A DNA stretch of 64,000 nt. Source: Candidatus Bathyarchaeota archaeon (GTDB taxonomy: Archaea; Thermoproteota; Bathyarchaeia; 40CM-2-53-6). Below are positions 11,009 to 20,815 of the stretch, piece by piece; the first letter of the stretch is position 1, and each line of letters starts with the position of its first letter. Position numbers and translations under genes: made by a program. The DNA lies in contig CAWHWX010000001.1 of NCBI GenBank assembly GCA_963833125.1, forward strand, positions 128,001 through 192,000. The letters run 5' to 3'. Under the pieces are notes generated by a model. The model did not search any database and had not been told where the DNA came from. It saw only the letters and a list, made by a program, of their open reading frames with translations.

Positions 11009-11163
11009 TGAGTTTCAACTCTCATGTTCCTTGGCGACCAGACGCGAAATCATTCGAAGGCGCTTCCAGCTAAACTGGCTAGTAGGTTACGTAGCCTAAT
11101 CTTTAATTTGGAGCTTCCTCTTTTACGGAACCCTTACGTCAACAAATCAGGTCAGAAAAAGCA

Positions 11164-11394
11164 ATGTCAGCAGTCGCCGATAAGATCTTCGAAGAGAGCC
11201 TCAGCAAAACCGTTCTCGTGGAACTGAAAGGAAGCCGCACCATACGCGGGAAACTCTACAGCTACGACCAGCACATGAATTTAGTCCTCGAGGACGCGGA
11301 AGACGTTTCGAACCCAGAGAATACTCGGAACATTGGAACGATTATTGTTAGGGGCGACAACGTAGTTCTCGTATCTCCACCTCCGAAACGGTAG
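11164..11394 (+). CDS. Sm-like archaeal protein (SmAP/Lsm)
   Basis: Sm1 'G.L.SYDQHMNLVLEDAE' and Sm2 'IIVRGDNV'; upstream of rpl37e as is usual in archaea. Confidence 0.95.
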   Translation: MSAVADKIFEESLSKTVLVELKGSRTIRGKLYSYDQHMNLVLEDAEDVSNPENTRNIGTIIVRGDNVVLVSPPPKR

Positions 11395-11431
11395 TTTCGT
11401 TAATTTAGCAGATCACGGGACGTGAAAGGTT

Positions 11432-11623
11432 TTGACGAAAGGAACCGCCTCATTCGGAAGACGAGGCCGTTCCAAGACTCACATCCGATGCAGACGATGC
11501 GGACGACACTCTTATCACATCAGATGGAAACGTTGCTCGGCTTGCGGCTTTGGAGCATCCAAGAAACTGCGAAGCTACTCCTGGCAGACGCACACTCTAA
11601 ACAGAGAACGAAGAATCAGGTAG
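11432..11623 (+). CDS. rpl37e: 50S ribosomal protein L37e
   Basis: 'TKGTASFG...THIRCRRCGRHSYH....CSACGFG'. Confidence 0.97.
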   Translation: MTKGTASFGRRGRSKTHIRCRRCGRHSYHIRWKRCSACGFGASKKLRSYSWQTHTLNRERRIR

Positions 11624-11693
11624 CTCCAAGGATACATTCATTTCTTCGCTGGACTGCAAACTTTCAGTCAGATTTCCACCCATTCCTGATCCG

Positions 11694-11724
11694 AAGGTCG
11701 AGAGTGTGAGTTGCGCTCGACCTT
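11694..11724. terminator. Stem-loop between convergent rpl37e and slyD
   Basis: AAGGTCGAG-N13-CTCGACCTT forms a perfect 9-bp inverted repeat; function is inferred from position only. Confidence 0.35.
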
Positions 11725-11738
11725 GAATATTCCAGTGA

Positions 11739-12488
11739 CTAAGCTGTCGTGGCTGGCTGAACAGTCGCCACCGGCGGTGGTGGTGCGGCGGCAGGTGCTT
11801 CCGGAGGCTTCTTGAACGTCTCAAGAAACGTAACTGTTACGATCTTTGGCAGGTATTTTTCTACATCAGCAGTTAACGTACGCTTAGCAACTTGCAATCC
11901 TTCTAAGAAGAACGCTTCTTCTGGAATCTCGACTTGGAGGCTAACGTTCTCGATCTTAATCGAAAACTTTTGTCGGTCTACAGATGGAATTTGTTTGTGA
12001 ATTAGGTTGCGTACTTTCTCATCGTCGGCTTCAATGACTTTTTCTAGAGTTATGTCGTATATGAGTGTCTTACCCGCAAATGGGTGGTTGTAGTCTACCT
12101 GAACTCGGCCCGCTCCCACGGAGCGAACTAGGGCTGTCTTGCCGTCTATGTTTACTTGCAATCCCGGAACAGGGTTCAAGCCTTCAGCCGCGAATTTTCG
12201 AAGCGGAACAAGTCGAACCTTCTTGGGATCACGAACACCATATCCCTTGTCTGGAGGGAGCTCGACAGTGGTCGCCTTTCCGATTTCAAGATTCGGCAAT
12301 GCCTCGTCTAGTCCCTTTGGCACCCATCCCTCCCCGACTATGATGAAGAACGGCTCGTAATGCTCTTCCCCGCGGTAGAGCTTCTTTTCCTTAGCTACAC
12401 TCTCCAGCGTCGTCCCAACGGTCTCTCCGCTCTCCTTTACCCTGAGTGTGTAGTTGGCGAGTATGAAATCTCCACTCTTAACTGGCAA
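11739..12488 (-). CDS. slyD: FKBP-type peptidyl-prolyl isomerase (long archaeal SlyD type)
   Basis: 'G.GWVPKGLDEAL', 'PPDKGYG.RDP', 'VDYNHPFAGKTL'. Confidence 0.92.
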   Translation of the reverse strand: MPVKSGDFILANYTLRVKESGETVGTTLESVAKEKKLYRGEEHYEPFFIIVGEGWVPKGLDEALPNLEIGKATTVELPPDKGYGVRDPKKVRLVPLRKFAAEGLNPVPGLQVNIDGKTALVRSVGAGRVQVDYNHPFAGKTLIYDITLEKVIEADDEKVRNLIHKQIPSVDRQKFSIKIENVSLQVEIPEEAFFLEGLQVAKRTLTADVEKYLPKIVTVTFLETFKKPPEAPAAAPPPPVATVQPATTA

Positions 12489-12764
12489 TCGAATTCACCT
12501 TGAACTTTGAAGGTGGAGCTAAGATTTGGCCGCTCTACATTAATCTTTCAGCACCTGATGGCCTTCAGGATTAAAGCACCCCCGGTCAATGCCAATACGA
12601 ATGCTGCGGTTGGTTTTCTCCTCTAAGGGTTATTTTCTCTGCAGCGGGCCAATGTTATTTCACTCTCACGAGCATCGACTCTTTTTCTGAACTTCTCCGC
12701 TCTTGAGTTTTCAACTCCATTCTTTTATGGCGGTGTCAAAGTGGTCAACGTGCGGTGTGGTTAG

Positions 12765-13835
12765 GTGAAGCTCTTCACTGTTGGACCGGTGGCCTGCTAT
12801 CCTGAAGTGCTTGAAGCGATGGGGCGCCAGATGCTAAGCCATCGGAGTAAAGAGTACCTCACCATGCACTATGAGACCGTCAAACTTTTACAAGATTTCA
12901 TTTCGACGAAAAACGAGATTTTCCTATTCACCAGCACAGGGACAGGTTTCATGGAGGCGTCTGTAAGGAACTGCGTTAGAAAGAAAATGTTGTGCTGCAT
13001 AAACGGAAGTTTCGGCGAACGCTTCGCCGAAGTCGCAGAATCCAATGGCATAACCATCGTGAAACTAGCCCCACCCCTCGGACAACCCATCTCAGTAGAG
13101 GAATTGGATCAGGCTTTGAGGAAAAACCCTGACGTTGAAGCTGTAGCCCTCACCCACAATGAGACAAGCGTCGGCCTCATCAACCCACTCAAAGAACTAG
13201 CAGCCATCGTCAAGAAACATGGCAAGCTACTCTTCGTAGACGCAGTAAGCTCAATGGGAGGTACCGACATCAAGGTGGATGAATTGGGAATTGATGTTTG
13301 TTTTTCAAGCTCACAGAAATGCTTCGGCGTCCCCCCCGGTTTAGGAATGGGAAGCGTAAGCGAACAGGCGCTGAACCTTTCCGCGACAGCTACGAACAAG
13401 GGATGGTACTTCGACTTCAAAGTCTGGGAAGAAGATCAGAAGAAAGGGCATGGGACCCCCGTCACCTCAGTCATACCACAAATCGCTGGCCTCAACACAG
13501 CGCTGAAAATGATTCAGCAGAAGGGCGGAAAGAAATGGTACTTCGACCTGTATAGAGAACGGAATCGCAAAATTAGAGATGGGATCCAAAAAATCGGACT
13601 ATCCACCTTTCCACAGAAAGGCTCTGAGAGCCCCACGGTGAACTGCATCAACGCACCAAAAACCATGGAGGGCGGTGCCGTTTATGAGAACATGCGTCAA
13701 AATGGATTCGAACTGGCGGAAGGATACGGGCCGCTGAAGAAGAAAACATTCAGAATCGGAAACATGGGTTACATAGAAATGAGCGACATTGATCTGATGC
13801 TGAAAACTCTCAACGACGTCACCTCATCCAAATGA
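12765..13835 (+). CDS. Class V PLP aminotransferase (serine-pyruvate/alanine-glyoxylate family)
   Basis: 'THNETSVG', 'VDAVSS.GG', PLP lysine in 'SSQKC.G.PPG', 'FRIGNMG'. Confidence 0.9.
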   Translation: MKLFTVGPVACYPEVLEAMGRQMLSHRSKEYLTMHYETVKLLQDFISTKNEIFLFTSTGTGFMEASVRNCVRKKMLCCINGSFGERFAEVAESNGITIVKLAPPLGQPISVEELDQALRKNPDVEAVALTHNETSVGLINPLKELAAIVKKHGKLLFVDAVSSMGGTDIKVDELGIDVCFSSSQKCFGVPPGLGMGSVSEQALNLSATATNKGWYFDFKVWEEDQKKGHGTPVTSVIPQIAGLNTALKMIQQKGGKKWYFDLYRERNRKIRDGIQKIGLSTFPQKGSESPTVNCINAPKTMEGGAVYENMRQNGFELAEGYGPLKKKTFRIGNMGYIEMSDIDLMLKTLNDVTSSK

Positions 13836-13916
13836 CAGTCGACACTGCCTTAGATGTGGAGAGTTGAGAAGTGCTTTTCTGCAAGGCCTCGCCTCTTGAT
13901 GAACTAGCAGTAAACA

Positions 13917-15212
13917 ATGTCGATTAGGCTCGGCAAAATCATGGGGATACCCGTACGTATCCACTACACTCTATGGCTCGTTTTCCTTCTCATCGCATGG
14001 TCACTAGCATACGGCTACATGCCCCATCAATATCCCGGGCTCAGTGAACTAACATACTGGACCATTGGAATCGCATCTTCCATTGTCTTGTTCGTTTCTG
14101 TTCTCATCCACGAGCTTTCGCACTCGTATATCGCGAAAAAGAATGGGTTGCCGATAGCCAGAATTACACTCTTCTTCTTTGGTGGGAGTTTCTGAAATGA
14201 CAGAGGAACCTCAAGATCCTGGGCTGGAGGTTCGCATGGCCGCTGCCGGGCCACTGATGAGTTTTCTCATTGCCGGTGTTCTTGGTGCGATCTGGTACTT
14301 GGGGCAATTTGCTCATCTACCAATCATCATAACGGCCACGGTTGGATATGGGGCGTTAATCAACGCGGTACTAGGCGCATTCAATCTCTTACCCGCCTTC
14401 CCGCTTGACGGTGGACGCGTGTTCCGCGGAAGCCTGTGGAAGCACTCGAACAATCTAATCAGTGCAACACGAACCGCTACGCGAGTAAGTGAAGCTCTCT
14501 CAATACTCATGATGGTTGGTGGCTTCGTAGCGATAATTTTTGGAGACTTCGTGGATGGAATCTGGATTGTAGTGTTGGGTTGGTTCATCAAGTCCGGTGC
14601 AGAAACCAGCCTTAGACAGACGCTAGTTGGTGAATCGCTCAGTGGAGTAACTGTAGGGAACATCATGACATGGCAAGCCTTGACGGTGCCGCCGAACATT
14701 ACTGTTCAACAGGTGGTTTCTGATTACTTCCTTGTCCACCCGCACGGGGGCTACCCCGTCGTCAGCGATGGGCAGCTACTGGGGTTGATTACATTACAAT
14801 GCGTCCGTACTGTTCCGAAGGAGATGCGGAGCTCCGAGACTGTTGCGCAAGCAATGGTACCTATGGAACGTGCAGTGACAGCCCCGCCTAACCTCTCAGC
14901 CTCTAGATGCGGTACACAAGATGGCGCGAGAAGGTAGGTAGGCTTCTAGTTACAGAGAACGGAAAGCTACTCGGCATCGTAACCAGGGGGGATTTAATGA
15001 AAACCATCCAGACCCGACAGGACCCTGAACTAAAGTCAGAGTGGAAACCCCCCTCAGCTACGCCGCCGGTACGCTACTGTATCCAATGCGGCGCTCAACT
15101 CCCCATTGGAACAAGCATCTGCCCGCACTGCAACGCCACTCAACACCCAATGAAGCATCATCGGCTTGCACTGCCCATAATCCTAAGTATCTTCGTTGCG
15201 CGCACTCAATAG
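13917..15212 (+). CDS. Site-2 protease (M50) with CBS pair and C-terminal zinc ribbon; frameshifted in at least two places
   Basis: HELSH (13917..14195); 'FNLLPAFPLDGGR' and CBS domains (14179..14937); 'GIVTRGDL' then CIQC..CPHC (14907..15212). Confidence 0.85.
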
Positions 15213-16590
15213 GCGGATTATGGTTTCCTTGCAAGAATTGAGTTTTGAAGAAGCGCCGAGGATCGTCGTTAAACCTCCAGGTCCCAAATCTAAAGAACTG
15301 TTAGCAAAACAATCAGCGCTTGAAACGCGGGCTGTAGTTTACAGCAAGGCTTTCCCCATAGGTATAGATTCAGCTAGAGGGGCGACCATCAAAGATGTTG
15401 ATGGGAACGTTTTCATCGACTGGGTTGCAGGAATCTGCGTACTCAACCTAGGCCACAACAACCCCTTCATCACAGCAGCCGTGAAATCTCAACTTGAGCG
15501 AATTTGGCACGCGCTTGAGATTCCAACCGAAGCGAGAATCAACTTTCTTGAAAAGTTGCATTCCATTCTCCCAGGTCACCTACGTGGTAATGCGAAGGTT
15601 CTGTTGACGGTGACCGGAGGGGACGCATGTGAAGCTGCAATTAGCTTGGCTAAACATGTGACTGGGAGGAATACGATCATTGCGTTCGGAGGATCTTACC
15701 ACGGCGTCCATCAAGGCATCGTCAGCCTAACATCCAGTAGACACTACCTTGAATCGGCGCACACCGTACGATCAGGCGTCTTCCACCTACCCTACCCGTA
15801 CACGTACCGGTTTCCGTTCCCAGTTCAGAAGAAGGGAGACGAGGGTAAGGTCATTCTGAGGTACCTAGAGGATTTGCTGGTAGACGAACATTCAGGCCTC
15901 GATCAGCCGGCCGGAATCTTTGTGGAACCCATCCAAGGAGAAGGGGGATACATTGTCCCACCCGATGACTTCCTCCCCGGCCTGAGAGAAATTGCGAATA
16001 GATTTCAAATCCCACTGATAATTGACGAAGTGCAAACTGGGTACGGTAGAACCGGAAAATTCTGGGGCTGCGAACTCACCAACACCTCTCCTGACATCAT
16101 GTGCGTCTCAAAATCCGTTGGAGCCGGGATACCTCTCTCACTAATCGCGTACAAGAAAGAATTTGATGAAACCGTCCCCGAAGCGTTCCATTTGGGAACC
16201 TACCGGGGTAACCCACTCGCCATGGCCGCCGGCGCCGCGACCATCGACTACATTAGAAAAGAAAACCTCCTCAACCACGTCACCCGCCTAGGTGAAAAAA
16301 TGGAAGCGAGGTTTGAGCAAATCGCTGAGTCCAGCAAGAACGTGGGCGAAGTCAGAGGACGGGGGTTCATGATCGGCAATGAGATCGTAGAGTCGAAGCA
16401 AACTAAGGCACCGTCGAAGCCAAACGCAGTCAAAATGCGAAAGGACATGCTCGAGAACGGACTACTAATGCACACATGCGGCCATTATGGCAATGTCCTC
16501 CGCTTCATGGCACCACTGGTAATCAGCGAAACTCTCCTGGAAAAAGGCTTAGAGGTCTATGAGAGAGCCGCTAAATCCTCTGCAAGTTAA
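15196..16590 (+). CDS. gabT: Class III aminotransferase, 4-aminobutyrate aminotransferase-like
   Basis: 'DVDGN.FID', 'EPIQGEGG', 'IDEVQTG.GRTG', 'GTYRGNP'; adjacent to an SSADH-like gene. Substrate is inferred. Confidence 0.75.
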   Translation: MRALNRRIMVSLQELSFEEAPRIVVKPPGPKSKELLAKQSALETRAVVYSKAFPIGIDSARGATIKDVDGNVFIDWVAGICVLNLGHNNPFITAAVKSQLERIWHALEIPTEARINFLEKLHSILPGHLRGNAKVLLTVTGGDACEAAISLAKHVTGRNTIIAFGGSYHGVHQGIVSLTSSRHYLESAHTVRSGVFHLPYPYTYRFPFPVQKKGDEGKVILRYLEDLLVDEHSGLDQPAGIFVEPIQGEGGYIVPPDDFLPGLREIANRFQIPLIIDEVQTGYGRTGKFWGCELTNTSPDIMCVSKSVGAGIPLSLIAYKKEFDETVPEAFHLGTYRGNPLAMAAGAATIDYIRKENLLNHVTRLGEKMEARFEQIAESSKNVGEVRGRGFMIGNEIVESKQTKAPSKPNAVKMRKDMLENGLLMHTCGHYGNVLRFMAPLVISETLLEKGLEVYERAAKSSAS

Positions 16591-16593
16591 CAG

Positions 16594-17955
16594 GTGAATA
16601 ATAAAGAACGCCGCTCGATGTGGATAGGTGGAAACACATTGGCCATCGTTACAATAAACCCATACACTGGGCAGAGACTGCATGAGTACCAAGAAGAGAG
16701 CATTGACGATATCAAAAGTAAGATTTCTTCATTAAAGGAAACGCAGCTGAAATGGAAGCGCGACCTGGATGCCAGGCTTGAGAGACTGAAAGAAATCAAG
16801 AAGAAAATGGAAACCGAGCTGCCAGCGCTCGCCGCACTCATGAGTACCGAGATGGGGAAACCCGTCGCGCAAGGTGAAGCCGAAGTTAAGAAGTGCGTTT
16901 GGGTAATTGATTACATAACCGAAAACGCAAGCACAATGCTTGCCCCGGAACAGGTAAAGACTGACGCAAAGAAAAGCTACATCAGGTTCGACCCGCTCGG
17001 CACAATTTTTCTAATCATGCCCTGGAACTTCCCCGCTTGGCAGGTCATGCGCGCAGCCATCCCAGCAATGGCAGCAGGTAACACTATCTTGCTCAAGCAT
17101 GCCTCAATCGTAACAGGAACCAGTCTCAAACTAGAGGAAATCATAGGCTCGGACATTTTCAAATCCACCATCTGCCGAGGCAGCGTCGCACTGAGCGCCA
17201 TCAAATATGTTGACGGCGTTTCCTTCACCGGCTCCACCGAGATCGGGTCGAAGATTGGGGAGGAAGCCGGGCGGGAGATCAAGAAGGTTGTCTTGGAGCT
17301 AGGTGGTTCTGACCCATACATAGTCTTAGGAAGCGCAAACCTAAACGACGCCATCAAGAACGCTACATTCGCCAGAATCCAGAACAACGGCCAATCCTGC
17401 ATCGCATCAAAACGTTTCATCGTCGACGACAAGATCTTCGACAGCTTCTACAAGGGCATGAAGGAACAATTTTCAAACGTCAAAATCGGCGACCCGCTCG
17501 ATAAGACCACTTTCCTAGGCCCCCTCTCAAGCAGCGAACAGAAGCAAACCGTAACGAAACAAATTGAGGAGTTAAAGCCAATTGGTAAAGTCGAAGCACT
17601 CGCCAACAAAACGGACGGAAACTTCGTTCCTCCAACGATCGTTCGCACTGATGCCCTGTACGATCAGGAAGTGTTCGGTCCAGTCGCGATTCTCAAAAGA
17701 TTCAAGACAAACGAGGAAGCGGTCAAAATAGCGAACGAAACGCCTTTTGGGTTAGGTGCTTCCGTGTGGGGGAACCCCGAAGAAGCGGAACGACTCATCC
17801 CATCGATAGAGACAGGAATGGTATTTATCAACAAGATAGTTGCCTCAGACCCACGGCTACCGTTCGGAGGACTAAAGAAAAGCGGGTTGGGAAGCGAACT
17901 CTCCCGGTATGGACTACTCGAGTTCACAGCCAAACGTACGGTTTGGATAAACTAG
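16594..17955 (+). CDS. gabD: Aldehyde dehydrogenase, succinate-semialdehyde dehydrogenase-like
   Basis: 'IMPWNFP', 'FTGST', 'LELGGSDP', 'GQSCIASKR', 'EVFGP', 'PFGG.K.SG'; probable start is TTG 16639. Confidence 0.8.
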   Translation: MNNKERRSMWIGGNTLAIVTINPYTGQRLHEYQEESIDDIKSKISSLKETQLKWKRDLDARLERLKEIKKKMETELPALAALMSTEMGKPVAQGEAEVKKCVWVIDYITENASTMLAPEQVKTDAKKSYIRFDPLGTIFLIMPWNFPAWQVMRAAIPAMAAGNTILLKHASIVTGTSLKLEEIIGSDIFKSTICRGSVALSAIKYVDGVSFTGSTEIGSKIGEEAGREIKKVVLELGGSDPYIVLGSANLNDAIKNATFARIQNNGQSCIASKRFIVDDKIFDSFYKGMKEQFSNVKIGDPLDKTTFLGPLSSSEQKQTVTKQIEELKPIGKVEALANKTDGNFVPPTIVRTDALYDQEVFGPVAILKRFKTNEEAVKIANETPFGLGASVWGNPEEAERLIPSIETGMVFINKIVASDPRLPFGGLKKSGLGSELSRYGLLEFTAKRTVWIN

Positions 17956-17980
17956 CAAACCAGACTACCTTCAGACCAGG

Positions 17981-18460
17981 TCAGTGCGGTTTGCCAGCTT
18001 TCTGCAGCCGATCCCTGTGTCTCTGCTCACCCTCTCTCCACCGTCTTTTCTCTTCGTCGGTTTCCGGTGCGAGTGTCGGTAGAATTATTGGTTTTTTGTC
18101 TTTCCCGAGGCCGACGTAGGTTAGGAAGCACGTCCCAGCATGTCTTACCTCACCGGTGAGGGGATTTTCAGCCTCCACCCGGACTCCAAGCTCCATTGAG
18201 GTATTGTGAACGTAATTCACTGAGGCTTCTAAGCGAAGCATATCCCCAATGTAGGCGGGAGCTAGGAAATCCATTCGATCTATTGAGGCGGTTACTAGGT
18301 TACATCGGGCATGCTTTAGTGCAGCCAACCACGCGGCCTCCTCAATCAAACTGAGAATTCTTCCGCCGAACACATTACCCATCGCGTTAGCATCCATAGG
18401 TAACATTATCCTCGTCACGGTAACGTACGATTCTCTAGGTGTCTTGCTTACTTGACTCAT
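17981..18460 (-). CDS. Acyl-CoA thioesterase (hotdog fold, YciA-like)
   Basis: 'P.DAN..GNVFGG', 'VTASIDRMDF..P', 'TSMELGVRV.AEN'; start taken at ATG 18460. Confidence 0.9.
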   Translation of the reverse strand: MSQVSKTPRESYVTVTRIMLPMDANAMGNVFGGRILSLIEEAAWLAALKHARCNLVTASIDRMDFLAPAYIGDMLRLEASVNYVHNTSMELGVRVEAENPLTGEVRHAGTCFLTYVGLGKDKKPIILPTLAPETDEEKRRWREGEQRHRDRLQKAGKPH

Positions 18461-18602
18461 AACAATCAAAGGACATAACAGATGTGCATGCTGTAAGACT
18501 TTGCATCTCAAAACGATCGGGCGACCCAGTCTGAGCTGCCCTAACTCTCGTTAGGAACTAGCAAGACGAGAAGGTTGAAAGAGCTCGGAAGAATGGTATT
18601 AG

Positions 18603-20768
18603 ATGCCCCAGGTCGGCTCTTCTATGCTTCAAGGAAATTTCAGCAGTTCACGTATGGAGCCGACACAGGTTCGGAGAACGTCATCTCATCTACTGAAGAG
18701 CCTAACCTCTCTAACCCATTATTTCTTCCTCCTCATCTTGGTAGCCAGTTTGATGAATCAGTCTCTGGTTGTCCCAGCTCTATCAACCCAATCATCTGGA
18801 TCGGAGACAAAGTATGCGAAGCTCGGGTTGGAAGCTGCAAACTGGATCGCTTCATTCCAAGTAACACCGCTCAACGACACATGGGGTATACCATACAGAG
18901 ACGAACGAGCTTGGGGAATGGATCCGTACTACTTTGAGAATGGAACCATAACAGCCGGAACGGGAAGCATCGCGGGCGGAGAACGACAAAAACTAGCGTA
19001 CCTAATCGGAGGACATGACGCGGGCGAAGGAGCTAACGCCGCTCTCGACGCTTACCTAGAAACAGGGGATCCAAAGTATTTGGAAATCTTCAACGTTTAC
19101 TACGGATATTTCCAAGGTTCCCAAATACCAGGCACGAGAAGCATAACCCCTGGGCACGCTGTACTTAGCGCGAATGGAAAAAATATTAGCGTTGATAATT
19201 CCGGATTTTGGGCAGAACAAGCCAGCGTCTCGGCTGGCGCCAATGGTAATTATGGAAGCGAAGACGACCGCACTACGCTTCAAGCGATTTATCCCGCCGC
19301 TGAACACGGAAACCCGATCGCTACAACTCTGATTGCATATTATCGCTTCACACACGACCCGACCGCACTCGTCATGCTCAACCGGTATGGAAGTTGGTTA
19401 GTGGCAACACAGATTCATAGTGGAAATTATTCCGGCGCTTTCCCCGTCACTCAATATTACTTCGGAATAGGTTGGAAACCGAGAATGTACGAAACCACCG
19501 AGTCAGCGTGGGTTCTCACAGAATTGTACATGCTCACCGGAAACAAAACTTACCTGAACTCAGCTGAGGCCGCGGGGCAGTACATGCTCTCAAGGCAATT
19601 CATCGGCCCCGAATGGGAGGACAAGCCAGTTTACGGTGCACTGCCGTATGAGTGGAATGATACGCATTATTCAAACAGTGTTTCCACCAATCACGCTGGC
19701 TTCACGATCCTTGCTTGGTCACAACTCTACAGGCTAACGCAAGATCAACGATACCTGACTGCGGCGGAGAAATATGCCAATTGGCTCCTCAGCTTCCAGG
19801 TCACTAATACAGATGCGAATTGGGGAAACCACACCTATGCTAACGACAGTATGGCAGTAGGAGGATATTACTACGGTTACCAGACGGCAACACATCAATT
19901 CGGTTGGCGGGTCGCCGAGTCATTATGGAGCGCAGCCTACGCAATACCGGCACTCCTAGTGATCTCACAACTCACAGGCGATAGCGACTACTACGATTCA
20001 GCCCTGCTTGCAGCCGACTGGCTGACCCAAATGAGATACCCAGACCAGGCCCTTATGCCCGTTCAGGCCTTAGCGATCATCAAGTATCCAATCTCAAGTT
20101 GGTGGGGCCTCTTCCCACAATACTACCAACTCGACATGCGCGAAGTGGAAAAAGCCGGCATAGTATCTTTCGTCCAGGCAGGAATGAAGAACGAGTCCTC
20201 TATTCGAGACCAAGAAACGACCTGGTTCGAAAAAACCTTCGGCGTCAATTTCAACCTAATCGATTACGCGATGGCAAGTCGCGGCCCGACATTCATGAAG
20301 ATGGCGTGGAGTTGGTGGCCAAACGTAGGCTTCGAACCAAGATATGGCGGAGACATAGCATTCGGAGCGTTTGCTATTAATAGCTACCTAACATTCAACT
20401 CTAGTTCGTATGAGGCGGCTCAGATTCTTGAGCAAATCGGCCAGATGACTGGAAACGACACAACCTCTCTCCCTCAGAACATCACATCTTCATACTACGA
20501 GGCTGCCAACCTCGTGACCGCCGCCCAAGAGAACTTCAACCTAGGCTGGTACACAGTCGCGAAAGGACAGATCAACGACGCACTCACCTACGCAAAAGCA
20601 GCACTAAGCGAACTTCAACCACTCATCCCTCTTAGACAAAACAACACAACCCTCCTAACACTCCTGGCAGGCGCAGTCGCCATTATTCTCGTATCGAATA
20701 TGTATTGGTACAAACGATTAACCGGAATGACCAAGCACCGCATTCGTCACAGGAAAAGGCGAAAGTAA
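18603..20768 (+). CDS. Secreted, C-terminally membrane-anchored (alpha/alpha)6-barrel protein (six-hairpin glycosidase-like)
   Basis: N-terminal hydrophobic segment; five 'L..Y..TGD..Y...A...A.WL' helical-hairpin repeats; many NxS/T sites; C-terminal TM plus basic tail. Confidence 0.65.
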   Translation: MPQVGSSMLQGNFSSSRMEPTQVRRTSSHLLKSLTSLTHYFFLLILVASLMNQSLVVPALSTQSSGSETKYAKLGLEAANWIASFQVTPLNDTWGIPYRDERAWGMDPYYFENGTITAGTGSIAGGERQKLAYLIGGHDAGEGANAALDAYLETGDPKYLEIFNVYYGYFQGSQIPGTRSITPGHAVLSANGKNISVDNSGFWAEQASVSAGANGNYGSEDDRTTLQAIYPAAEHGNPIATTLIAYYRFTHDPTALVMLNRYGSWLVATQIHSGNYSGAFPVTQYYFGIGWKPRMYETTESAWVLTELYMLTGNKTYLNSAEAAGQYMLSRQFIGPEWEDKPVYGALPYEWNDTHYSNSVSTNHAGFTILAWSQLYRLTQDQRYLTAAEKYANWLLSFQVTNTDANWGNHTYANDSMAVGGYYYGYQTATHQFGWRVAESLWSAAYAIPALLVISQLTGDSDYYDSALLAADWLTQMRYPDQALMPVQALAIIKYPISSWWGLFPQYYQLDMREVEKAGIVSFVQAGMKNESSIRDQETTWFEKTFGVNFNLIDYAMASRGPTFMKMAWSWWPNVGFEPRYGGDIAFGAFAINSYLTFNSSSYEAAQILEQIGQMTGNDTTSLPQNITSSYYEAANLVTAAQENFNLGWYTVAKGQINDALTYAKAALSELQPLIPLRQNNTTLLTLLAGAVAIILVSNMYWYKRLTGMTKHRIRHRKRRK

Positions 20769-20815
20769 CAAAAGTCTTTTCAGCTTGAAACGTCTTGAAC
20801 CAAAAGGACTTGTAA

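Noticed and set aside
11691-11704. 14-nt match (CCGAAGGTCGAGAG) between the rpl37e/slyD hairpin and the pre-tRNA-Lys
   Set aside because: Several chance 14-mer matches are expected in 64 kb, and there is no other tRNA structure here.
12490-12764. Possible riboswitch between slyD and the aminotransferase
   Set aside because: Only scattered partial matches to TPP or glycine motifs; no coherent fold.
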